Below are positions 59,256 through 64,000 of a stretch of DNA of 64,000 nt, piece by piece. The stretch's first letter is position 1. Each line of letters starts with the position of its first letter. Position numbers and translations under genes: made by a program. This DNA comes from Candidatus Wolfebacteria bacterium (GTDB lineage: Bacteria; Patescibacteriota; Minisyncoccia; UBA6257; UBA9933), in the NCBI GenBank assembly GCA_024654025.1, contig JANLIR010000002.1, positions 21,885 to 85,884 on the forward strand, written 5' to 3'. The notes under the pieces are model-generated. The model searched no databases and was not told the origin of the DNA. It was given only the letters and a program-made list of their open reading frames with translations.

Positions 59256-59650
59256 TTTTATGTTTTCGTTTTATGCCCGTTTTAAAAATAAAAGCTAAAA
59301 ATAAAAATTTTATTTTAAAAAGGGTTTTTTGTTTTTAATCTAAATTAATTTTCAGAAAAGCTATTGCCTTTCAATCGACCCACTGTCTGACCGTGTGAGG
59401 TTAGGCGGCAGTCTGACAAAACAATAACTCTGGTAGCTTGTTAATGAGGATTTATTAAAATAATTATAAAAAATCCTCGCGTGAGCGAGGCATCCATGCC
59501 GACTATGTCGGCAACCAAAATAACTTAAAAACTAAAATACTTAACGCTTCTTAATTTTACGTTTTTTAGTATTTTAGTATTTTCGTATTTTCGTAGCGCT
59601 TATAAAGCGCTGTGGTCTAGCCTCACTCTAAACCCCCTTTTCTTAATTCA

Positions 59651-59678
59651 ATTATAAATCACTCCCAAATCTTGTCAA
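59651..59678 (-). promoter_or_regulatory. consensus sigma70 promoter of the S-layer-like gene
   Basis: TTGACA-N16-TATAAT, implying a ~390-nt leader. Confidence 0.7.
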
Positions 59679-59788
59679 TCTTACTTAACGGTCTTGACGG
59701 CTTTGATAGAGATAACGACATAAAATCATTGTTGTTTCAGCTCCCAAAGAAATATACTTGTCGTTGGTTGTGGGTTGTAAATTGTTAG

Positions 59789-60499
59789 TTATTTAGCCAC
59801 ATAATAACTGCCCGGACCAGTACTTCCGATTCTAGAAACCAAGCCCTGATCGCAAAGTCGCAAAAGATAAAATCTAACAGTTCTTTCGCTTATATCAGGA
59901 AAAGAGGCTAATAATTCTTTAGTGGTTGTTTTACCTAATTCTTGTACTTTTTTAAATAAACGATTTTGCCGATCTTCGTCGTCCTGAGGTTGCCGAAAGA
60001 TTGCCGAACTCTTTTCGCTCTTGTCCTGAGCTTGCCGAAGGATTGCCGAACTCCTCTCATCTTGCCGAACTATTGCCGAACTACTTGTGGTGAGCTTTGC
60101 CGAACTAACTTGTCCTGAGTTTATCGAAGGATTATTTATATCAAATAAAGGCGCTGGAACTTTTGCAAAAATTCTGTCTATTGCCGAACTTTTTTCTTTC
60201 TCTTGCCGAATTGCCGAATTCCATTGCCGAACTGCTTCTTTTAAATTATCTATTTCCCTAAAAAGTATAAAAGCGTTAATTTTGCCGATCTCTTCCACTA
60301 CTTCTGCCAAACGAATAAGTTGTTCCAATTTTTCCAAGTTATCCACAACTCCAAGATTGGCAATAATATCCACAGAGGCGTTTTCCAGCTCAATTTTAAG
60401 CTTTGGCTGTTTTATAATATTGGCGCACCTAAAAACCGCCCAAGCAATCTCGAAAGACCTATTTTTAATAAATTCCACATCCCCTGTGATCATAGCCAT
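59789..60499 (-). CDS. helical N-terminal domain + repeat-encoded linker + C-terminal DeoR-like winged helix; putative DNA-binding protein
   Basis: C-term RQNRLFKKVQELGKTTTKELLASFPDISERTVRFYLLRLCDQGLVSRIG..YY; linker of SSAI/RQ repeats. Confidence 0.75.
   Translation of the reverse strand: MAMITGDVEFIKNRSFEIAWAVFRCANIIKQPKLKIELENASVDIIANLGVVDNLEKLEQLIRLAEVVEEIGKINAFILFREIDNLKEAVRQWNSAIRQEKEKSSAIDRIFAKVPAPLFDINNPSINSGQVSSAKLTTSSSAIVRQDERSSAILRQAQDKSEKSSAIFRQPQDDEDRQNRLFKKVQELGKTTTKELLASFPDISERTVRFYLLRLCDQGLVSRIGSTGPGSYYVAK
59990..60231. repeat. intragenic array of 11 TTGCCGAA motifs
   Basis: TGCCGAA at 59991, 60002, 60033, 60044, 60063, 60074, 60098, 60182, 60204, 60212, 60225, all preceded by T and on the same strand. 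Confidence 0.93.
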
Positions 60500-60585
60500 T
60501 ATTTAACAGGCAAATAATACTATGTCAATCCCTTTGTCGAACTTTTGACAAATTAAACAAAAACAATAGAATTAGATATTAAAAT

Positions 60586-60669
60586 GCCCGGGTGGCGGAA
60601 TTGGCAGACGCGCAGGACTCAAAATCCTGTAATCGCAAGGTTGTGTGGGTTCAACTCCCACCCCGGGCA
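60586..60669 (+). tRNA. tRNA-Leu(CAA)
   Basis: GCCCGGG/CCCGGGC acceptor stem, CAGGA-CTCAAAA-TCCTG anticodon arm, long variable arm, GGTTCAA T-loop; CCA not encoded; promoter TTGACA-N16-TAGAAT. Confidence 0.96.
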
Positions 60670-60732
60670 CAAAAAAAGGGAAGGCTTTCGCCTCCCCATT
60701 GACCGAATAGTTACCTCCGCCGCGCCGCATCC

Positions 60733-60957
60733 TTACGCTATCGCTTCCGCGCGAATAACTCGAAAATCCTTCGTTACAATCCCTTGAGGAGCGCACGCGA
60801 AGCAACCGTTAATCTCAAGAATCTCCATATTGCTTTTCATCTCTTCGGTTTTTTTCCATTCCGGAGTGCCTGGCTCACACAAAACGCTAAGCGTTTCGCC
60901 ATCACGGATTTTTCGGCTGCGACACTTCTTGCATTCAATCAGCCACGGCTTTGCCAT
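60733..60957 (-). CDS. small hypothetical Zn-ribbon-like protein (74 aa)
   Basis: MAKPWLIECKKC...GCFAC; SD GGGGAGG upstream; hairpin + T-run at 60671-60697. Confidence 0.55.
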   Translation of the reverse strand: MAKPWLIECKKCRSRKIRDGETLSVLCEPGTPEWKKTEEMKSNMEILEINGCFACAPQGIVTKDFRVIRAEAIA

Positions 60958-61151
60958 AGCCCACCTCCCCTTTGCGCCAAAGCGCAAAGAAATAAAGTGA
61001 TATTTTACCTCACGTCTTAATCCATATGAAATTTTATAAGAACAAAAAAACGGGCTCAAAACCCGCCTTCTTTTGACTTAGGGTGCGTTTTCTTGCTGAA
61101 AACAACCGTTCTTCCTAATCCATTCTTAAATTCTCTCAAATTATCTTCCAT

Positions 61152-61607
61152 TTAATCGAATTTAACTTTTATTTTTTTGGTTTTTGCCTTATTCAGTTTT
61201 GGCAAAACCACTTTTAATATTCCATTTTTTATAGAAGCGTTGGCCTTATCCGAATCAACTTCCTGAGGCAAAATAACGATTCTGGCGAATCTGCCCCAAT
61301 AGCATTCTTGATAAAGATAGTCGTCTTTTTTTATTTTTTCGTTCTTTTCCCTTGTTCCTTTTATTGTAACCGATTCCGGCGAAATTTCAATGTCTAATTC
61401 GTCGGCTTCAACGCCGGCAATAGCCGATTCCACAACTATAGAAGTGGGGGTTTGATAAACATCTATAGCCAATTGTCCTTCGGGTTCTTCAAAAATATCC
61501 GCCGGCGAACTTTCTTCGTCGTCGGCAACAACCAATTTTATTTCTTCTTCCTCATCGGTAGCGCCTTGAGCTAATTTTTCAAAAAATTTTTTGGTGTTTT
61601 CATTCAT
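61152..61607 (-). CDS. Hsp20/alpha-crystallin small heat-shock protein
   Basis: GQLAIDVYQT, QECYWGRFAR..LP, NGILKVVLPK. Confidence 0.92.
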   Translation of the reverse strand: MNENTKKFFEKLAQGATDEEEEIKLVVADDEESSPADIFEEPEGQLAIDVYQTPTSIVVESAIAGVEADELDIEISPESVTIKGTREKNEKIKKDDYLYQECYWGRFARIVILPQEVDSDKANASIKNGILKVVLPKLNKAKTKKIKVKFD

Positions 61608-61646
61608 ACGCTTACGCTAATTGGTATTGCATTGTTATTTATATTA

Positions 61647-62309
61647 TCACACTTTTTTCAATTTTTCAAAGTCGTAAAATACAAAAAAAGACACAAATAC
61701 TAAAATAATAATTGAGTACACAAGCCCGTCGGCTTTTAAAAAGATTATTAAATAATTAAATACAAAGTGCAGTAAAACAGCCGCCGCTAAACCTATTAAA
61801 ATATAAAAAAAAGCGTGTTTTTTAATAATTCCTCTTGCCCAATAATAACCGACTATCGCCGAACTAAAAGCGTGAAGCAGGGTTGCCCCCAAAAACCTAA
61901 AAATCATCAGATCAAAGCTCGCCAAGCCCCCCGCTCTTAAAGCCAAGGCGACATTTTCTACCGTAGCCAAACCCAGGGCGCCGGTTACCATATAAACCAT
62001 TGCGTCAACCGGCTCGTCAAAATATTTGCTCCTAAAAATAGTGAGGTAAACAAAAATAAATTTAAAAACCTCTTCAATGGCGACAAAAGTTACGACGTAG
62101 ATTGGGCTTTGCCCAAAAATTCCATTTCCTAAAAAATAACCCTTCAAATAATTTTGCAAAATAACCGCCAACAAAGCCGCTAAAAATCCGGTGAAAAAAA
62201 CAAAAAAAATAGTTTTTTTCGGCTCCGGATGCTCGTCTTCTTTAAGAAAGAAAATTAGCCAGGCTAACCCCGGAACCAATCCCAAAAAAACAGGAAGTAA
62301 AATTGTCAT
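61647..62309 (-). CDS. PrsW-family intramembrane metalloprotease
   Basis: HPEPK, IEEVFK, GLATVEN, LLHA, LHFVFN. Confidence 0.88.
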   Translation of the reverse strand: MTILLPVFLGLVPGLAWLIFFLKEDEHPEPKKTIFFVFFTGFLAALLAVILQNYLKGYFLGNGIFGQSPIYVVTFVAIEEVFKFIFVYLTIFRSKYFDEPVDAMVYMVTGALGLATVENVALALRAGGLASFDLMIFRFLGATLLHAFSSAIVGYYWARGIIKKHAFFYILIGLAAAVLLHFVFNYLIIFLKADGLVYSIIILVFVSFFVFYDFEKLKKV

Positions 62310-63556
62310 ACTTCAAACCAGCCCTTAATAATATTTTCCTTCATTATTTCTTCCATTTTTTCCAGTCCGAAATATTCGGAAAATATCTTATTCCACATTG
62401 ATTCCTGATGATGATAAAGATATTTGGTTAGTGCTCTTTGCTGGACCAAAGACATTGAAGAATCTATCAAGTTAAAGCTGACCAGCACATCTATCCCCGC
62501 GTCGCTTTTGAAATAATCACCGACCCAGTTCAAGTCCTGCCAAAAATAAAGGTCTGATTCCAAATGATCGATATTTCTTCCGGCGCGTATAAGCAGTCGC
62601 TCCGCTTTGTCCCAATGAAGCGCTTCCGGATTAATATGCGGCGCAAACAAACGCCAATCATTTTCATCGTCTTTAGCCAGATACCTTTGTATAACCAGCC
62701 ACAGGGATTTTTCCGATTCCGTTATTTGCTTATCAACAACATCGCCTCTTAAAAGCGAAATGATATTTTTGGGAAAATCAGCATTAACGCTAAATCGTTT
62801 GAAAAGATCGCTGTAAAAAGAAATCTCATTAAAATAGTGGAGTAAAAGCCCGAAATTTCTTAAAACCTCTCCGGATATTTCCAGCGCTATCGGAATCACG
62901 TAAATTACGCCCAATTCTTTCAAATGGCTTACATTATGATATTTTTTCTTTATAAAACTCTCTGCCAAACGCGCCCATTTTTCCGGCAGAGCTTTGGTCA
63001 TAATTTCCCGCTCCTCGAAATCCTCCGCTTTCAAGCCTTCGTATTGTTTAAAAAATACTTCATTAAGCCAGTCCCCGCCTTCCACAAACCTTAAACTTGG
63101 AAATATTTCAAAAACATCTTCCTTGCTTATAAGTTCATTAACATCTCTATAGCCCAATAAATTAATCAATTTTTTAGGCGGCTCTTTAAGTAAAAATTCG
63201 ATGGCTTTTTCTTTTTTTAAAAAAAACCCTTTTGGCCTGCCAGCTGACTCTTTGGCCACCTCCAGCACTCTTTCCCAATCTTTGGAAACAGTAGCTTTGG
63301 GATCCCCAAGCGCTTTAGACAAGCTATCGTTGTCACGCTCTATTTTTTTTATGAGCGCGTTATAAATATCTTTGGCAAATTTAACATCCTTTAACCCCAA
63401 CGTTTCCAAACGATTCCTGATGGCGGTGCCGTTTTCCTCGACAATTTTTTCCATAATATTTTTCTTTCCGGTCGAAACGGAAAGTTTTTCTTCAAGAGCT
63501 TTAATAACGTCTTTGTCGGTCCTTAAAATTTTTGCTATTTTTTCGTAAGGGTACAT
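62306..63556 (-). CDS. conserved hypothetical protein
   Basis: Long ORF, KKYHNVSHLKELGV, LHYFNE, PHINPEALHW; likely start MYPYEK at 63556. Confidence 0.7.
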   Translation of the reverse strand: MYPYEKIAKILRTDKDVIKALEEKLSVSTGKKNIMEKIVEENGTAIRNRLETLGLKDVKFAKDIYNALIKKIERDNDSLSKALGDPKATVSKDWERVLEVAKESAGRPKGFFLKKEKAIEFLLKEPPKKLINLLGYRDVNELISKEDVFEIFPSLRFVEGGDWLNEVFFKQYEGLKAEDFEEREIMTKALPEKWARLAESFIKKKYHNVSHLKELGVIYVIPIALEISGEVLRNFGLLLHYFNEISFYSDLFKRFSVNADFPKNIISLLRGDVVDKQITESEKSLWLVIQRYLAKDDENDWRLFAPHINPEALHWDKAERLLIRAGRNIDHLESDLYFWQDLNWVGDYFKSDAGIDVLVSFNLIDSSMSLVQQRALTKYLYHHQESMWNKIFSEYFGLEKMEEIMKENIIKGWFEV

Positions 63557-63695
63557 GCCAATTGATAGTATCGCGAAGTCTTTAGACGAAGCATATATCG
63601 CGCCGAAGGCGCAAGTATCTATAAATATCAACGAGGATACTTGTAGATAAAAATGGATATTTGCTCGCTAACGCTCGCGATATTAATTGTATTAT

Positions 63696-64000
63696 TTACT
63701 CGTGTTCGCTTTTAATTCTTCCTTCCAACGTTCTTAATTCCGAAAGTGCCTCGCGCGCTTGGTCTTTGTTCGGCGAAGCGCCATGCCACAAATAATTTTT
63801 TTCCATAAAGCTGACTCCCTTGCCGGCGATTGTATGCGCGATAACCACCGTCGGCTTTTCATAAATTGCCTTAGCTTCATAAAGCGCGGCCACCGACTCG
63901 GAAATATTATGGCCGTCAATTTCCAAAACATGCCAATTAAACGCCTCGTATTTGTCCCTAAGCGAATCAAGCGGCATAACTTCTTCCGTAAATCCGTCTA
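63696..64000 (-). CDS. transketolase N-terminal subunit, 3' part (5' end outside window)
   Basis: WHVLEIDGH, PTVVIAHTIAGKGVSFME..WHG. Confidence 0.88.
   Translation of the reverse strand, partial: DGFTEEVMPLDSLRDKYEAFNWHVLEIDGHNISESVAALYEAKAIYEKPTVVIAHTIAGKGVSFMEKNYLWHGASPNKDQAREALSELRTLEGRIKSEHE

Noticed and set aside
59789-60499. DGR accessory (Avd) or diversity-generating retroelement
   Set aside because: No reverse transcriptase or template/variable repeat pair seen; only the helical N-domain is vaguely suggestive
60572-60805. Short ORFs on both strands
   Set aside because: They overlap tRNA-Leu and its downstream hairpin
60586-61100. Integrative element at tRNA-Leu
   Set aside because: No integrase and no duplicated tRNA 3' end seen in the window

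Overview
Bacterial chromosome segment with the gene content, short GAD-less AspRS, SD-poor translation starts and peptidoglycan-binding surface proteins typical of Patescibacteria (CPR, probably Parcubacteria; inferred, not proven). Left to right: 5' part of tuf, the infA-rpmJ-rpsM-rpsK-rpsD-rpoA-rplQ operon (RpoA lacks its C-terminal domain), gpmI/eno, a TrmH methylase, a 1409-aa secreted phospholipase-C/P1-nuclease-like + lamin-tail protein with a small membrane partner, a PaaX/Cas2-like gene, trxB-grx-dsbA, a ~29-kb surface-glycan cluster (priming GT, Wzx, two HddA/HddC sets, NeuA/NeuB, two B12 radical SAMs, ColD/Fcl-like, split transketolase), ndk, aspS, an O-antigen-ligase/O-OTase-like gene, two very large S/T-rich surface proteins, a winged-helix protein, tRNA-Leu(CAA), hsp20, prsW and a partial transketolase. 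Most notable: (1) the winged-helix gene at 59.8-60.5 kb carries 11 copies of TTGCCGAA inside its own coding sequence, and a second non-coding array of the same motif (11 copies of TGCCGAA) lies 46 kb away; both arrays sit upstream of large secreted-protein genes. (2) The PaaX/Cas2-like gene is bracketed by two 40-bp palindromes in direct repeat, each starting right after a TAA stop. (3) A relic second aspS 3' end and several REP-like in-frame insertions occur in housekeeping genes.
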